Shown here in pieces: positions 48,385 through 60,809 of a stretch of 64,000 nt of DNA; within the stretch, counting starts at the first letter, position 1; every line of letters begins with the position of its first letter. The notes beneath the pieces are model-generated. The model was given only the letters and a program-made list of their open reading frames with translations. It did not search any database and was not told the origin of the DNA. A program made the translations under genes and the position numbers. Location of the stretch: positions 244-64,243 of the forward strand of contig JBAUUR010000012.1 of assembly GCA_049582805.1 (NCBI GenBank). Direction: 5' to 3'. This stretch comes from Gallionellaceae bacterium (GTDB lineage Bacteria; Pseudomonadota; Gammaproteobacteria; Burkholderiales; Gallionellaceae).

Positions 48385-51300
48385 TCATGGCGTAGCGGGT
48401 AACGCGGAACGGTTCCGCGGCCAAATCTTCAGGCACCACAAGCGGAAACGGTCGAGGTAAAGATAGACCACCGGCGTGGTGTACAGCGTCAGCAGCTGGC
48501 TCAGAATCAGCCCGCCGACGATGGAAATGCCCAGCGGCCGCCGGAACTCGGCGCCATCAGAGAAACCGATCGCCAGCGGTATCGCACCGAACAGCGCGGC
48601 CATGGTAGTCATCATGATCGGGCGGAAACGCAGCATGCAGGCGCGATGGATCGCATCGCGCGGCGACAGCCCTTCCTCACGTTCCGAGAAGAGCGCGAAG
48701 TCGATCATCATGATGGCATTCTTCTTGACGATGCCGATCAGCAGGATAACGCCAATCAGGGCAATGATCGTAAACTCGGTACCAAAAGCCATCAAGGCGA
48801 GAATCGCGCCGACGCCGGCCGAAGGCAGCGTGGACAATATCGTCAACGGGTGGATCAGGCTTTCGTAGAGGATGCCGAGAACCAGATAGACCGCGACCAG
48901 CGCGGCCAGGATCAACAGCGGCTGGTTGTTGAGGGAATCCTGGAAGGCCTTGGCCGTACCCTGAAAGCTGCCGTGCACCGAGGTCGGCACGCCAAGCCTG
49001 AGCATGGTATCGTCGATGATCTGAGTCGCATCGGAAAGCGAAACGCCGACCGGCAGGTTGAATGAAATTGTCGACGCGACGAACTGTCCCTGATGATTGA
49101 CCGCCAGCGGCGTAAAAGTCTGTTCGTAGTGGGCAAACGAGGCCAGCGGCACCTGTACGCCGCCGGGTGCGATGACAAACACATCCTTCAGGGTTTCCGG
49201 GCTCTGCCAGTATTGCGGCGCTGCTTCCATCACCACGTGATACTGGTTAAGCGGTTCGTAGATCGTCGACACCTGTCGTTGCCCGAACAGATCATTGAGT
49301 GTGGCATCGATCAGTTCAGGTGTAACTCCGAGCCGCGCTGCAGCGTCTCTGTCAATCACGAGGCTGGTTTGCAGACCCTTGTCCTGAGAGTCGGTATTGA
49401 CATCGGTAAGCTGCGGCAATTTGCCCAGGGCCTCGCGTACGAGCGGCTCCCAGGTGCGCAGTTCATCTATGGTATCGGCCTGCAGCGTGTATTGGTATTG
49501 CGCGTTGCTGGCGCGCCCGCCCATGCGGATATCCTGCTGCGGTTGCAGGAACAGGCTGGCGCCGGGTTCGCGTGCGAGTTGCGGACGCAGGCGCGCGATC
49601 ACCTGATCAGCTGACAAATGCCGCTCGGCGATGGGTTTGAGCGAAATGAACATGAAAGCGGAATTGCGCTGGCCGCCCCCGGTAAAGGCGACGACATTGT
49701 CCACCGCCGGATCGGCATGCACAATATCCACATAGTTGGTCAGCTTTTCGCGCATCGCCTGGAAGGAAATGCTCTGGTCCGCCTGGATATTCCCGGTCAG
49801 GCGCCCCGTATCCTGTTGCGGAAAGAACCCTTTCGGCACGATGATATAAAGATAGATATTGAAGCCTATTGTCGCAGCCAGTATCAGCAACATGATGCGT
49901 CCATGCGCCAGCGCCCAATCGAGGGTGACACGATAGCGGTTCAGTGTAGCCTCGAAGATCCGTTCACTGGCATGGTAAAAGCGCCCGTGCTTTTGCTCGC
50001 CAAGCGGCTTCAGCAGGCGTGCGCACATCATTGGCGTCATCGTCAGCGACATGACCAGCGAAACAAGGATAGCGGCGGAGAGGGTAACGGCGAACTCGCG
50101 GAACAGGCGGCCGACGATGCCGCCCATCAGCAGGATCGGAATGAACACCGCGATCAGCGACAGGCTCATCGACAGCACGGTGAAACTGACCTCGCGCGCG
50201 CCCTTCAACGCGGCCTCAAGCGGGGTGCTGCCGTTCTCGATATGGCGCGTCACGTTCTCCAGCACCACCACCGCGTCGTCCACGACGAAGCCGGTGGCGA
50301 TGGTCAGCGCCATCAGCGACAAGGTGTTCAGGCTGAAACCGGCCAGGTACATCACGCCGAAGGTGCCGATCAGCGACACTGGCACGACGACGCTGGGAAT
50401 CAGCGCCGCCCTGGCGTTGCGCAGGAACAGGAACACCACCATCACCACCAGGGCGACTGAAATCGCCAACGTGCGCTCGACTTCGTGCAGCGATGCGCGG
50501 ATGGTCGGCGTGCGATCCATGACGACATTGAGGTCGATGGCGCCGGGGATGGAGGCGCGCAGTTGCGGCAGCACGGCGCGCACGCGGTCGACGGTGTCGA
50601 TTATGTTGGCGCCCGGTTGGCGGTTGATGATCAGCATGACCGCGGGCTTGCTGTTGAACAATCCGGCATTGCGTACGTCCTGTTCCGAATCCAGAACGCT
50701 GGCAACATCGCCGATGCGCACGGCCGCGCCGTTGTTGTACGCGACGATCACCGGGATGTAGTCAGCCGCAGTCTTGCCCTGGTCGTTGGCGAGTATCTGC
50801 CAATCGTGGCTGCCGTCCTCGATCGCACCCTTGGGGCGGTTGGCGTTCGTCGCGACTATTGTTGTTCGCACGGTCTCGGGACTGATTCCCAACTGGCTCA
50901 ATGCCGGCGGATTGAGCTCAACGCGAACCGCAGGCAGCGAAGATCCGCCGACCGTAACCTGTCCGATGCCGTCAAGCTGGGAGATTTTCTGCGCCAGGAT
51001 GGTCGATGCGGCATCGTACATCTGCCCGCGCGACATCGATGCCGAGGTCAGCGACAGAATCATGATCGGTGCATCCGCCGGATTTACCTTGCGGTAGGTC
51101 GGGTTGCTTGGCAGGCCGGTCGGCAGCAGGGTGCGCGCTGCGTTGATGGCAGCCTGCACGTCGCGCGCGGCCCCATCGATGTCGCGGGAAAGCTCGAACT
51201 GCAAGGTGATGCGCGTATTGCCAAGCGAGCTGCTGGAGGTGAGTTCGGTGACGCCGGCAATCACACCGAGCGAACGTTCGAGCGGCGTCGCCACCGTGGA

Positions 51301-51480
51301 AGCCATGGTTTCCGGGCTGGCGCCCGGCAGCGAAGCCTGCACGGAAATGGTCGGAAAATCGATCTGCGGCAGCGGCGCCACCGGCAACAGCATGAATGAC
51401 ACCGCGCCAGCCAGGGCCACGCCCAGCGTCAACAAAGTTGTCGCGACCGGGCGGTTGATGAAAATGGCTGGAATGTTCAT
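48385..51480 (-). CDS. mdtC: RND multidrug efflux permease MdtC-like
   Basis: [17 protein letters not shown]..., 12-TM AcrB/MdtC architecture. The ATG at 51480 overlaps the mdtB stop (ATGA). Confidence 0.9.
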   Translation of the reverse strand: MNIPAIFINRPVATTLLTLGVALAGAVSFMLLPVAPLPQIDFPTISVQASLPGASPETMASTVATPLERSLGVIAGVTELTSSSSLGNTRITLQFELSRDIDGAARDVQAAINAARTLLPTGLPSNPTYRKVNPADAPIMILSLTSASMSRGQMYDAASTILAQKISQLDGIGQVTVGGSSLPAVRVELNPPALSQLGISPETVRTTIVATNANRPKGAIEDGSHDWQILANDQGKTAADYIPVIVAYNNGAAVRIGDVASVLDSEQDVRNAGLFNSKPAVMLIINRQPGANIIDTVDRVRAVLPQLRASIPGAIDLNVVMDRTPTIRASLHEVERTLAISVALVVMVVFLFLRNARAALIPSVVVPVSLIGTFGVMYLAGFSLNTLSLMALTIATGFVVDDAVVVLENVTRHIENGSTPLEAALKGAREVSFTVLSMSLSLIAVFIPILLMGGIVGRLFREFAVTLSAAILVSLVMSLTMTPMMCARLLKPLGEQKHGRFYHASERIFEATLNRYRVTLDWALAHGRIMLLILAATIGFNIYLYIIVPKGFFPQQDTGRLTGNIQADQSISFQAMREKLTNYVDIVHADPAVDNVVAFTGGGQRNSAFMFISLKPIAERHLSADQVIARLRPQLAREPGASLFLQPQQDIRMGGRASNAQYQYTLQADTIDELRTWEPLVREALGKLPQLTDVNTDSQDKGLQTSLVIDRDAAARLGVTPELIDATLNDLFGQRQVSTIYEPLNQYHVVMEAAPQYWQSPETLKDVFVIAPGGVQVPLASFAHYEQTFTPLAVNHQGQFVASTISFNLPVGVSLSDATQIIDDTMLRLGVPTSVHGSFQGTAKAFQDSLNNQPLLILAALVAVYLVLGILYESLIHPLTILSTLPSAGVGAILALMAFGTEFTIIALIGVILLIGIVKKNAIMMIDFALFSEREEGLSPRDAIHRACMLRFRPIMMTTMAALFGAIPLAIGFSDGAEFRRPLGISIVGGLILSQLLTLYTTPVVYLYLDRFRLWCLKIWPRNRSALPATP

Positions 51481-54400
51481 GTCTTGCGCCACTGCGCCAG
51501 GCGGTCGAAGGCGAGATAGATGACCGGTGTGGTGAACAACGTCAGCACCTGGCTCACCATCAGGCCGCCGACCATGGTGATGCCGAGCGGATGGCGCAGC
51601 TCGGAACCGACGCCGGTGCCCAGCATCAGCGGCAGCGCGGCCAGCAAAGCCGACATCGTGGTCATCAGGATAGGCCGGAAGCGCAGCAGGCATGCCTCAT
51701 GGATCGCATCGCGCGGAGACTTGCCTTGCTTGCGCTCGGCATCCAGCGCAAAGTCGATCATCATGATCGCATTCTTCTTGACGATGCCGATCAGCAGGAT
51801 GATGCCGATAATGGCAATGATGCCAAGATCGTTGCCCGACACCAGCAACGCCAGCAGCGCGCCAACCGCGGCCGAGGGCAGTGTCGACAGAATGGTCACC
51901 GGATGGATGTAGCTCTCGTACAGCACACCGAGCACGATGTACATGGTAACGACGGCAGCGAGGATCAGCAGCAGCGTATTGTTGAGCGAGGACTGGAATG
52001 CCAGCGCGGCGCCCTGGAAGCTGGTCTCAACGCTGATCGGCATGCCCAGTTCCCTGGTCGCATTGCGGATGGCGGAAACTGCCTGGCCGAGCGATGCGCC
52101 GGGCGCAAGGTTGAAGGAAACCGTCGAGGCCGGAAACTGGCCGATATGATTGATGGCAAGCTGCGTTGTCTTCTCGGTCACGTGCGCTATCGATGAAAGC
52201 GGAACCTGGTTGCCGCTGGGTGAAACGACATAAATATTTTCCAGCGCCGCCAGACCCTGCCTGAAGCCCGGCTTGACCTCGAGCACGACGCGGTAGAGAT
52301 TGGACTGGGTATAGATGGTCGAAATCAGTCGCTGGCCGAAGGCGTTGTAGAGCGCATTGTCGATTGCAGCCGGGGTGATGCCGAGCCGCCCGGCGCTGGC
52401 GCGGTCAATGTCAACATAGGCCTGCAAGCCTTGATCCTGCGTGTCGCTGGCAACGTCATTCAATTCCGCAACCTTGCGCAGGCGTGCGACCAGTTTCGGA
52501 CCCCACAGGGCAAGTTCGTCGGGATCGGCGTCCTGCAAACTGAACTGGTATTGGGTGCGGCTGACGCGATCCTCGATGGTCAGGTCCTGCACCGGCTGCA
52601 TGTAGGTGGTGATGCCGCCCAGCTTGTCGAGCTTCGTCTGCAGGCGACGAATGACACCGCTGGCATCGGCATCGCGCTCGGCTTTCGGTTTCAGGTTGAT
52701 CAGCATGCGGCCGCTATTCAGCGTGACGTTGGCGCCGTCGACACCGATGAACGACGACAGGCTATCCACCGCCGGATCGGCCAGCACCGTATCGGCCACG
52801 ACCTGTTGGCGTTCGGCCATTGCGGCAAACGAAATCGACTGCGGCGCCTCGGTGATGGCCTGGATGACGCCGGTGTCCTGCACCGGAAAGAAGCCCTTGG
52901 GAATGAAGACATAGAGCAGCACGGTCAGCACCAATGTGCCGATGGCGACCAGCAAGGTTGCGCCCTGCCGATCGAGCACCCAATTGAGCCAGATGCCGTA
53001 ACGCGCGATCACCCTGTCAATAAAGGCGCCGCTGGCGCGGTAGAAGCGTCCCTGCTGCTCCGGCGGCGTATGGTGCAGCAACCGCGCGCACATCATCGGC
53101 GTCAGCGTCAGCGACACCACGGCCGAGATCAGGATCGACACGGCAAGGGTGACGGCAAACTCGCGGAACAGCCGGCCCACTACGTCGCCCATGAACAGCA
53201 GCGGAATCAGCACGGCGATCAGCGAAAAAGTCAGCGAGATGATGGTGAAGCCGATCTGCTCGGCGCCTTTTAGTGCCGCCTGCATCGGAGAATCGCCGGC
53301 CTCGACGTAGCGCGAGATATTCTCGATCATGACAATGGCGTCGTCTACAACGAAGCCGGTGGCGATGGTCAGCGCCATCAGCGTCAGGTTGTTGATCGAG
53401 AAATCCGCCAGGTACATGACACCAAACGTGCCAACCAGCGACAGCGGCACCGCTACGGCTGGAATCAGCGTCGCCGGCACATTGCGCAGGAACAGGAAGA
53501 TCACCATCACCACCAGCGCCACCGACAGCAGCAATTCGAACTGGACATCGTGCACCGAAGCGCGGATGGTGGTGGTGCGGTCGGTCAGCAGCCTGACCTC
53601 CACCGTGCCTGGCAGCGCTGCCTGCAATTGCGGCAGCACCTGCTTGATGCGGTCGACGGTCTCGATGACATTGGCACCCGGTTGGCGCTGGATATTGAGG
53701 ATGATGGCTGGCGCCTTGTTGGCCCAGGCCGCCAGCCGCACATTCTCGGCGCCGTCGATGACGTCAGCGATGTCTCGCAAACGTATCGGCGCGCCGTTCT
53801 TCCATGCGATGACCAGATCAAGATACTCGGCCGCGGATTTGAGCTGGTCGTTGGCATCTATTGTGGAAGCGCGCATTGGGCCGTCGAAGCTGCCCTTGGC
53901 CATGTTGACATTGTCATTGCCGATGGCGGTGCGCACATCATCAAGATTTAACCCGTTGGCAGCGAGTGCCTTCGGGTTGACCTGGATACGCACGGCGGGC
54001 CGCTGGCCGCCGCCAATGCTGACCAGGCCGACGCCGGGCAACTGCGACAGTTTCTGCGCCAGCCGCGTATCCACCAAGTCCTCAATCTGGGGCAACGGCA
54101 GCGTCGCCGAAGTGATCGCCAGCGTGATGATGGGTGCATCTGCCGGATTGACCTTGCTGTAGATCGGCGGCATCGGCAGGTCGGTCGGCAGGAAGGAGCC
54201 GGATGCGTTGATCGCCGCCTGCACTTCCTGCTCGGCAACGTCGAGGCTCAATGTCAGGCTGAATTGCAGCGTGATGACCGAGGCGCCGCCGGAACTGGCC
54301 GAGGACATCTGGTTCAGGCCCGGCATCTGGCCAAATTGGCGTTCCAGCGGAGCCGTGACCGATGAGGTCATCACATCGGGGCTGGCCCCGGGGTAAAGCG

Positions 54401-54545
54401 TGGTGACCTGGATCGTCGGGTAATCAACCTCGGGCAGCGCCGAGATCGGGAGGATGCGATAGCCCACCAGACCGGCCAGCAGGATGGCGACCATCAGCAG
54501 CGAAGTCGCTACCGGCCGCAGGATGAAAGGACGCGACGGGTTCAC
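51477..54545 (-). CDS. mdtB: RND multidrug efflux permease MdtB-like
   Basis: [25 protein letters not shown]..., a paralogue of the downstream gene, consistent with a heteromeric MdtBC arrangement. Confidence 0.9.
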   Translation of the reverse strand: MNPSRPFILRPVATSLLMVAILLAGLVGYRILPISALPEVDYPTIQVTTLYPGASPDVMTSSVTAPLERQFGQMPGLNQMSSASSGGASVITLQFSLTLSLDVAEQEVQAAINASGSFLPTDLPMPPIYSKVNPADAPIITLAITSATLPLPQIEDLVDTRLAQKLSQLPGVGLVSIGGGQRPAVRIQVNPKALAANGLNLDDVRTAIGNDNVNMAKGSFDGPMRASTIDANDQLKSAAEYLDLVIAWKNGAPIRLRDIADVIDGAENVRLAAWANKAPAIILNIQRQPGANVIETVDRIKQVLPQLQAALPGTVEVRLLTDRTTTIRASVHDVQFELLLSVALVVMVIFLFLRNVPATLIPAVAVPLSLVGTFGVMYLADFSINNLTLMALTIATGFVVDDAIVMIENISRYVEAGDSPMQAALKGAEQIGFTIISLTFSLIAVLIPLLFMGDVVGRLFREFAVTLAVSILISAVVSLTLTPMMCARLLHHTPPEQQGRFYRASGAFIDRVIARYGIWLNWVLDRQGATLLVAIGTLVLTVLLYVFIPKGFFPVQDTGVIQAITEAPQSISFAAMAERQQVVADTVLADPAVDSLSSFIGVDGANVTLNSGRMLINLKPKAERDADASGVIRRLQTKLDKLGGITTYMQPVQDLTIEDRVSRTQYQFSLQDADPDELALWGPKLVARLRKVAELNDVASDTQDQGLQAYVDIDRASAGRLGITPAAIDNALYNAFGQRLISTIYTQSNLYRVVLEVKPGFRQGLAALENIYVVSPSGNQVPLSSIAHVTEKTTQLAINHIGQFPASTVSFNLAPGASLGQAVSAIRNATRELGMPISVETSFQGAALAFQSSLNNTLLLILAAVVTMYIVLGVLYESYIHPVTILSTLPSAAVGALLALLVSGNDLGIIAIIGIILLIGIVKKNAIMMIDFALDAERKQGKSPRDAIHEACLLRFRPILMTTMSALLAALPLMLGTGVGSELRHPLGITMVGGLMVSQVLTLFTTPVIYLAFDRLAQWRKT

Positions 54546-55906
54546 TGCGAATTCTGGTTGTCGGCGCCGCCCTCGTGCTGGCGGCGCATTTCGCGCATGC
54601 GCTGCTTGCGTTCATCCTCGGGAAGTTTTTTCATTTCCTCGCCGAATTCGCCGCGGTCAATGCGCGCGTTGATTTCCGCCCACTTTTTCTTTCGCTCCTC
54701 GGCCGAGGCTCCACCCGGGCTTCCAGCGGCGGCGCGCGGCATTTTGCCTGCGCCCGGAACTTTGCCTGCGCCCGGCGTTGTCACCTCTACCTTGGCGTGT
54801 TCGCGCAACTTGTCTGCGCCATCGGTCACCACCTGCTCGCCAGCCGCGAGCCCTTTGTTGATCGCGACGGTTTCACCGGAAACCGGCCCGAGCGTAACCG
54901 GGCGGATGGCCACAGTCCGGTCCTGGCCGATGACATAGACGAACGTGCCCTGGGTGCCGCGCTGGATCGCCGCGACCGGAGCCAGGATGGCATTGTGCAG
55001 GGTTTCCACACGCAGGCGGGCATTCACGAACTGGTTGGAAAACAGCTTGTCATCGGTGTTGGCGAATTCGGCCTTGAGATTGACCGTACCGGTGCTGACA
55101 TTGATCTGGTTGTCCATGACCAGCAATTTCCCGCTCGCCAGCTTGGTCTTGCCGTCGCGATCGAGCGCGTAGACGGCCAGCGTCTTGCCGGAATGGAAAT
55201 GCGCAGACACCGTCCCGATACTGTCCGCCGGAATGGCGAAAATGACATAGATAGGCCGGGTCTGGGTAATCACCACCAGGCCGGTCGTGTCGGCGGCATG
55301 GATCATGTTGCCGACGTCAAGTTGGCGCAGCCCCGGTATTCCTGTAACGGGCGCGGTAATGTGCGTGAAATCGAGGTTCAGCTGGGCGCTATCCACCTGG
55401 GCGCGATCCATCTTGACCACGCCTTCATCCTGGCGCACCAGCAACGCCTGGTCATCGACCTGCTGCTTGGCGATCGAATCCTTCGCCAGCAGTCCCTGGT
55501 AGCGCTCAAGGTCAAGCTTGGCCTCATCCAGCAGCGCCTGGTCGCGGATCAGCTGTCCTTTAGCCTGATCGAGCAGCACCTGATAGGGACGCGGATCAAT
55601 TTCCGCGAGCAGCCCGCCTTGTTTGATAAGCTGGCCTTCGCGAAAAGGAACTCGCACCAGCAGGCCGTCTACGCGCGCCTTGACCGTTGCCGTATTGAAC
55701 GCGGTAACGGTACCCAACCCATCGATGAACACATCAATGTCGCCGCTCTTTGCCAAGGCTGCCTGTACCGGAAACGGCTTCCCGTCCCCAGCGGCGCCGC
55801 GCTTCCCTCCCGGCGTGCCGGCCTGATCCGCAGGCTTGTGGTAAAACCAAAAGGCTAAGATACAGATAAGCAACAATCCGGCGAACCAGAGGATTTTCTT
55901 TTTCAT
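54542..55906 (-). CDS. mdtA: RND efflux periplasmic adaptor MdtA-like with a charged C-terminal extension
   Basis: Membrane anchor [17 protein letters not shown] plus lipoyl/beta-barrel MFP domains. An alternative TTG start lies at 55930. Confidence 0.88.
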   Translation of the reverse strand: MKKKILWFAGLLLICILAFWFYHKPADQAGTPGGKRGAAGDGKPFPVQAALAKSGDIDVFIDGLGTVTAFNTATVKARVDGLLVRVPFREGQLIKQGGLLAEIDPRPYQVLLDQAKGQLIRDQALLDEAKLDLERYQGLLAKDSIAKQQVDDQALLVRQDEGVVKMDRAQVDSAQLNLDFTHITAPVTGIPGLRQLDVGNMIHAADTTGLVVITQTRPIYVIFAIPADSIGTVSAHFHSGKTLAVYALDRDGKTKLASGKLLVMDNQINVSTGTVNLKAEFANTDDKLFSNQFVNARLRVETLHNAILAPVAAIQRGTQGTFVYVIGQDRTVAIRPVTLGPVSGETVAINKGLAAGEQVVTDGADKLREHAKVEVTTPGAGKVPGAGKMPRAAAGSPGGASAEERKKKWAEINARIDRGEFGEEMKKLPEDERKQRMREMRRQHEGGADNQNSQ

Positions 55907-56028
55907 GCAATCAGTATTTTTGTTGTTCAATCAGCGCAGGATAACCGCCGCAAAACCGGATTTATGCATTTTCCCAACATTAGGGCGCCTCTAAAATTCA
56001 GAGTGCGCCCAAATGCAAAGCGAGGAAA

Positions 56029-56565
56029 TCATTGCCCCATAGGTGGCGGCGGGGGTGGTGGAGGCGAATTGTAAGTTGGTGGAGGCGAATTGTAAGCTGG
56101 CGCCGATGGGGCTGGCGGCTGGGAATAAATCATCCGGGACTGATAGGGATACGCCTGGGGAAGCTGATTGCCCTTGGCATACATGCATTGCTCATACGCA
56201 ATATCATAGCGGCGCTGGGCCTCGTTTCCACTGTATTGCGACTCATTTGAGCCGATTGCCGCACCAGCCAGCATCCCGAAGGCAGCGCCCGACCCGGCGC
56301 CTTCGTGCCCCCCTGCAAGCGCACCGGCAGCCGCTCCTATTGCCGTGCCGACTGCAGCACTTTTCACTGCGCTGTCTGTTGCGGCCTGATTGGGCGACAT
56401 GCCGATTGACTGTTGCGCAAATTGCCTGCATTCCCGTTCTTCGGCAGCGAACAGATCGAATGGCTTGCCCGGTGCAGGCATCACCGCAACACTCGGGCCA
56501 TTGGGAAGCGTTGCGCATCCCGCAAGTATTCCCATACAAGTTACTGCAAAAATTGAACGCCGCAT
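56029..56565 (-). CDS. Glycine-zipper lipoprotein with a Pro-rich tail
   Basis: Lipobox GILAGC, glycine zipper GTAIGAAAGALAGGHEGAGSGAAFGMLAGAAIG, and tail PPAPSAPAYNSPPPTYNSPPPPPPPP. AGGAGA lies upstream of ATG 56565. Confidence 0.7.
   Translation of the reverse strand: MRRSIFAVTCMGILAGCATLPNGPSVAVMPAPGKPFDLFAAEERECRQFAQQSIGMSPNQAATDSAVKSAAVGTAIGAAAGALAGGHEGAGSGAAFGMLAGAAIGSNESQYSGNEAQRRYDIAYEQCMYAKGNQLPQAYPYQSRMIYSQPPAPSAPAYNSPPPTYNSPPPPPPPPMGQ
56057..56098. repeat. 2 x 21-bp tandem repeat in the Pro-rich tail
   Basis: ggtggaggcgaattgtaag(t/c)t twice, encoding the duplicated (T/A)YNSPPP heptapeptide. Confidence 0.85.
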
Positions 56566-56630
56566 GGCTGCATCTCCTAACATTTTGGCAATTAAAGAAA
56601 CCGGATCGACATAGATACTATAGCCGCGAT

Positions 56631-57110
56631 CTAAGGCTGAGCCGGAACCGTCCGCCATGCCTCCGGGCAGCTTGGCACGTACGGGTAATATCCTTTGGCC
56701 GAATCACAGTAATACCAGTTCTGGGCAGGCGGCGGAGACTGTGGCTGAGCCGCAACCGGAGGCGGAGGCGCAACATTTGCTTGTGGCGCTACCACCACGG
56801 GAGGCTGCTCGTTTATTACCGTAACGGGTGGCGTGTAAGGATCGGGATAGGGGTAAACCGGAACGGGATAGAAGTACCATATGCCGGCAGCGACCCACCA
56901 CCATCCGAGCCGCCCTCCATGGCGACCATGAATCCAGTGGCCTCTTCGCCATATCCTCATGTCACGCTCGGCAAACCGGTGAATTTCATGGCCTTCCCAA
57001 TGCCCTCCCCTGTATCCTTCCCTGTATCTTTCGTCGGGGTCGGCAAGTACAGGAATCGAAGTCACCAGCAAGGCGCCAACCATTATTCCTGAAATTATCT
57101 GTTTCATCAT
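56631..57110 (-). CDS. Secreted hypothetical protein with a GHWxHGRHGGRLGWWWV block and a C-terminal WYYC...GYYPYV..C..W motif
   Basis: Signal peptide MMKQIISGIMVGALLVTSIPVLA. I recognise the motifs as recurring in beta/gammaproteobacterial hypothetical proteins, but no function is known to me. Confidence 0.55.
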   Translation of the reverse strand: MMKQIISGIMVGALLVTSIPVLADPDERYREGYRGGHWEGHEIHRFAERDMRIWRRGHWIHGRHGGRLGWWWVAAGIWYFYPVPVYPYPDPYTPPVTVINEQPPVVVAPQANVAPPPPVAAQPQSPPPAQNWYYCDSAKGYYPYVPSCPEAWRTVPAQP

Positions 57111-57195
57111 GTTCTCCTAATGATCAATTGAGGCTGGTTAGCCAGTTTCCTGAATGGCCAGATCAGCCGGGCCGTGTTTATGCTGCTATTTTAGT

Positions 57196-57543
57196 CTAGT
57201 CCACGAAATACTGAATCGGCAAATCATCTGTCAGGATCGAAATTTCCTCATCAATGGAGGCGTCGTCCCTCACCTGTTGCCAATAAGCGATTCCGCCAAA
57301 GAGACTGGCTGCAAGCAGGATGGCGCCGATGCAGTAGTATACCCTGTGCCGATGTGCCGACGTATGCCATATTTCATGTCGGTCAGACCATGCGAACAAC
57401 GGCACGGTTCCGCTGCAAGCCTCATAGCGGCTCAGTGCCCGCAGGCGTGCAGAACGCAGATTGGCAAGCGTGGACTGATCAATTCGCTCAAGCGAGCAAT
57501 TGAGCAGTTGCCTGATAAGTTCCGGATTCAGCTTATCGTCCAT
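57196..57543 (-). CDS. DUF3619-family membrane protein
   Basis: LDQSTLANLRSARLRAL plus a single TM helix (YYCIGAILLAASLFGGIAYW). This family usually follows an ECF sigma gene. Confidence 0.55.
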   Translation of the reverse strand: MDDKLNPELIRQLLNCSLERIDQSTLANLRSARLRALSRYEACSGTVPLFAWSDRHEIWHTSAHRHRVYYCIGAILLAASLFGGIAYWQQVRDDASIDEEISILTDDLPIQYFVD

Positions 57544-58498
57544 CGCGTTCCAACTTCTCTTATACGTTGCCCGTTAACGCATTATTGATGATCCTTCCAG
57601 GATTCCTTATCAGGTTCATCATGATGGCTTCCCGCAACAGAATCCTCGCACCATTACAACTCATGTCTTCAAGGTCTGGCCCTCGAAATTTGCGACTCCT
57701 CCGATCCTCCTCCTGGAGGAATTGAGTGAAAAAAAGAACCCCATACCGGACGGCGGATGACCTGAAACAATCATCTGCCGCCAACTGAAACCATTGGATT
57801 AACTCCCGCCCTTGCGGATACGCGATCCTGCGGAGTACACGATGTGCAATCTAATTCAGCCAAGTATCAACTGTATGTCCACAATGTATGAAATAAAATA
57901 TTTTGCAAGGCTGCCGATGGGCTTTGTACATTTGTGGCGCTTTGCGATCCACCTCTGCTCGAACTGATTTTGAAGACCTTCATCACCGTTCATCCTGAGC
58001 GTAGCGGAGCGAAGTCAACGGAACGAAGTCGCATGGAGTTGCCTGATGCGGGCTATGCCAGCTACCCTCAGCACGAACGGTTTGAGGGCATCACTATTGC
58101 GCTTTCCATAATCCCGGAAAAAGCATTTGGCCACATAACCATCGACTTGGCTGGCGTTAACCAATGACTTGGTTGGCGCAGTTTGCCAACTTAGTCAGAT
58201 GGCTATGCAAAGCCTTTTGGCAGCCTAGTCGAATGGCTAGTAGTTGCATCAGACAACACAGAGGTCACAGAGGGGAAACGGTTGAAACAAGCGATTGATC
58301 ATAAAACCGCAACCCCCCTCGCCGCCCTTTTTACCCGGAAGGAGTACGCCGGCGGGTTCCCCGTTGCACAGACAAAGGGGGATATACAACAATTGCAAAC
58401 AACAGGCCGGAGCGATCTCATTGCCCTATGACCAAGAGAGAAATGAGGAAGATTTGAATGTTCGCCTCTCCCTTTGGCAAAGTGAATAGTCCGGACTA

Positions 58499-59080
58499 TC
58501 AGCTCAGGTCGCCCGCCAAAGAATCGCGAACCTTGTCCGGCATTGCCACTTCCTCGGGGTAATCAGGGTGGGCGATGCCTGCCCGCACGGTTGCGCCCCG
58601 CTTGATTGCGGCGATCATTTCCGGCGTGAGTTCGAAGCGCACGAAGTGCACCGCAGCGGTCTTGTCTTCGGTCTCCCGATCCAGATCCTCGTTGGCGATG
58701 GCGAAAACCCTGTCATAGCCCTCAGCCTGCATCCAGACCGTCTTCTCGATGCCGATCAGGCGCGCAAGAGCCGCGCGGCGCTGTTCCACATCCTCGTACT
58801 CCAGCATGAAAGTCGCCTTCCAGTTGCTGCCGTCTGGGATGAGCGGATTGTAGACGTCCAGTTCCTGCTGAATGCCTTCCGGCTCGAAGATGCGCTCCAA
58901 GCGCAGCATTTCCTGCACCTGGTATTGCATCGTGAGGCTGTCCTCGAAATACAGCGTGGCATGCGGGCCGATGGCCAGCCTGCGGTTCGCTTTGTGTTCC
59001 ATGACCCTGGCGCGGAGCTCGGGCCGGATGGCGGCATATTTCTCCAGAGTGTAAAGATCGTCGCGGGTCAGCTTGCTCAT
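58499..59080 (-). CDS. DUF3501-family protein
   Basis: LTRDDLYTLEKYAAIRPELRARVMEHKANRRLAIGPHATLYFEDSLTMQYQVQEMLR. Start at ATG 59080. Confidence 0.65.
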   Translation of the reverse strand: MSKLTRDDLYTLEKYAAIRPELRARVMEHKANRRLAIGPHATLYFEDSLTMQYQVQEMLRLERIFEPEGIQQELDVYNPLIPDGSNWKATFMLEYEDVEQRRAALARLIGIEKTVWMQAEGYDRVFAIANEDLDRETEDKTAAVHFVRFELTPEMIAAIKRGATVRAGIAHPDYPEEVAMPDKVRDSLAGDLS

Positions 59081-59099
59081 GGGATGGATTTTGTCCCGT

Positions 59100-59387
59100 T
59101 CATCCGTGCGCGATTTTTTTGTCGGTGAAGAGATAGTCGCGCAGTTGCTTGTCAAAGCGCGGATCGTGGCGCCTGATCCACTCCAGCACCATCGCCGCGT
59201 GTTCCTTTTCCTCGTCGCGGTTATGGGCGAGAATCGCTTTCAATTCGGAATCGCCGCATGCATCGACCCGCTGGTTGTACCAGTCCACGGCCTCCAATTC
59301 CTCCATCAGGGAGATGATGGCCCGGTGCATGTCGCGGGTTTCCGCGCTAAGTTGTTCAATGGGTTCGTGGTAACCTTCGTGTGACAT
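59100..59387 (-). CDS. EncFtn-type (encapsulated-ferritin-like) four-helix protein with no visible encapsulin targeting tail
   Basis: HEPIEQLSAETRDMHRAIISLMEELEAVDWYNQRVDACGDSELKAILAHNRDEEKEHAAMVLEWIRRHD closely parallels the Rhodospirillum rubrum EncFtn sequence as I remember it. AAGGAGA lies upstream of ATG 59387. Confidence 0.65.
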   Translation of the reverse strand: MSHEGYHEPIEQLSAETRDMHRAIISLMEELEAVDWYNQRVDACGDSELKAILAHNRDEEKEHAAMVLEWIRRHDPRFDKQLRDYLFTDKKIAHG

Positions 59388-59406
59388 TTCATTTCTCCTT
59401 TTTGAT

Positions 59407-60741
59407 TCAAATAGCGTAAGCCTTGCGCAGCAAGGTGATCGGGTGTTCCGGCGCGCGGCCATCCTTGAGGCCGTTTTCGATATGGTGGCCGGCCATCGCA
59501 CAGTCGCTGCCGTAATGCTGTGCCTCCGCTTTCCTTACCCGTTCCACCACCGGCATGACGATCTTCATCGCCGTTTCGTGGAACTCCTTTTTCACGGCAT
59601 AAGTGCCATCGTGGCCGGAGCAGCGTTCGATGATTTCCACCGTAGTGTCGGGCACCAGTGACAACGCTTCGCGGGTTTTCTGGCCGATGTTCTGCACGCG
59701 CTGGTGGCAGGCGGCATGATAGGCAACCTTGCCCAATGGTTGCTTGAAGTCCAATCGGAGTTTGCCTTGCCTGTGGCGCAGCATCAGATATTCGAAGGGA
59801 TCGAAAAAAGCTTCCTGCACCTTGCGCACTTCGGGATCGTCCGGGAACATCAGCGGCAGTTCCTGCTTGAACATCAGCACGCAGGATGGAACCAGTGCGG
59901 TCAGATCCCAGCCTTCATCGACGAGTTTGGCGAGCACCGGAATGTTGTACTCCTTGGCTTTCTCCACCGCGTCCAGATTGCCCAGTTCCAGCTTGGCCAT
60001 GCCGCAGCAGCGTTCCTGTTGCGCCAGCGTGACGGGGATGCCGTTGTGCTCGAACACCGCGACGACGTCCTCGCCCGGCCCAGGCTCGTTGCGGTTCATG
60101 TAGCAAGTGGCGAACAAGGCGATTCTTCCCCTGGTGCTTCCGGCCGGTTCGGCCTTGATTGCGCTGCGATGCCCGGAAAGACGGTGGCGCAGCGGGTTGC
60201 TGTAAAATTCCGGCAGCCAGGCATCTGCATGAATCCCCGCGATGGCCTCCAGTCCCTTGCGCGCAACCCCGATATTGTTGACGGCATTCACGATCTGGGC
60301 CACCACCGGGATGCCCGCCAGGCTGCCGACGGTGTCGGTGCTGGTCAGTATCCGGTCGCGCAATTTCACGTCGCCATTTCTGAATTTTACCGCCTTGGCT
60401 CTAAGCATCAGATGGGGAAAATCCACGTTCCACTCGTGCGGCGGCACATAAGGGCACTTGGTCATGTAGCAGAGATCGCAGAGGTAACAGTGGTCTACGA
60501 CCTTGACGTAATCTGCCTTGGGGATTCCATCGACCTCCAGAGTAGGGGAAGCTTCCACCAGGTCGAATAGCGTTGGAAAAGACTGGCACAGACTGACGCA
60601 GCGACGGCAACCGTGGCAGATATCGAAAACCCGCTCCATCTCCTTGAACAACGATTCCTCGTCGTAAAACTCCGGGTTCTTCCAGTCCAGCGGATGACGG
60701 GTAGGGGCTTCAAGATTACCTTCGCGGGTCGGGGCAGCCAT
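59407..60741 (-). CDS. HdrD/GlpC-like Fe-S oxidoreductase (2 x 4Fe-4S motif + two CCG domains)
   Basis: CHGCRRCVSLC and CYLCDLCYMTKCP, plus CCG motifs (ERCCG...). Start at ATG 60741. Confidence 0.75.
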   Translation of the reverse strand: MAAPTREGNLEAPTRHPLDWKNPEFYDEESLFKEMERVFDICHGCRRCVSLCQSFPTLFDLVEASPTLEVDGIPKADYVKVVDHCYLCDLCYMTKCPYVPPHEWNVDFPHLMLRAKAVKFRNGDVKLRDRILTSTDTVGSLAGIPVVAQIVNAVNNIGVARKGLEAIAGIHADAWLPEFYSNPLRHRLSGHRSAIKAEPAGSTRGRIALFATCYMNRNEPGPGEDVVAVFEHNGIPVTLAQQERCCGMAKLELGNLDAVEKAKEYNIPVLAKLVDEGWDLTALVPSCVLMFKQELPLMFPDDPEVRKVQEAFFDPFEYLMLRHRQGKLRLDFKQPLGKVAYHAACHQRVQNIGQKTREALSLVPDTTVEIIERCSGHDGTYAVKKEFHETAMKIVMPVVERVRKAEAQHYGSDCAMAGHHIENGLKDGRAPEHPITLLRKAYAI

Positions 60742-60809
60742 GGCATCGTCCAGTGCATTTTGCTGAATCGGGGGGAAACCGGCCGCGGGTAACACGGCCG
60801 GATCAGGGC

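Noticed and set aside
57560-57784. 74-aa ORF as an ECF sigma factor gene.
   Set aside because: There is only a faint resemblance to region 4.2, no region 2, and a TTG start without an RBS. This is too weak to annotate, so it is mentioned only as a possible remnant in the findings.
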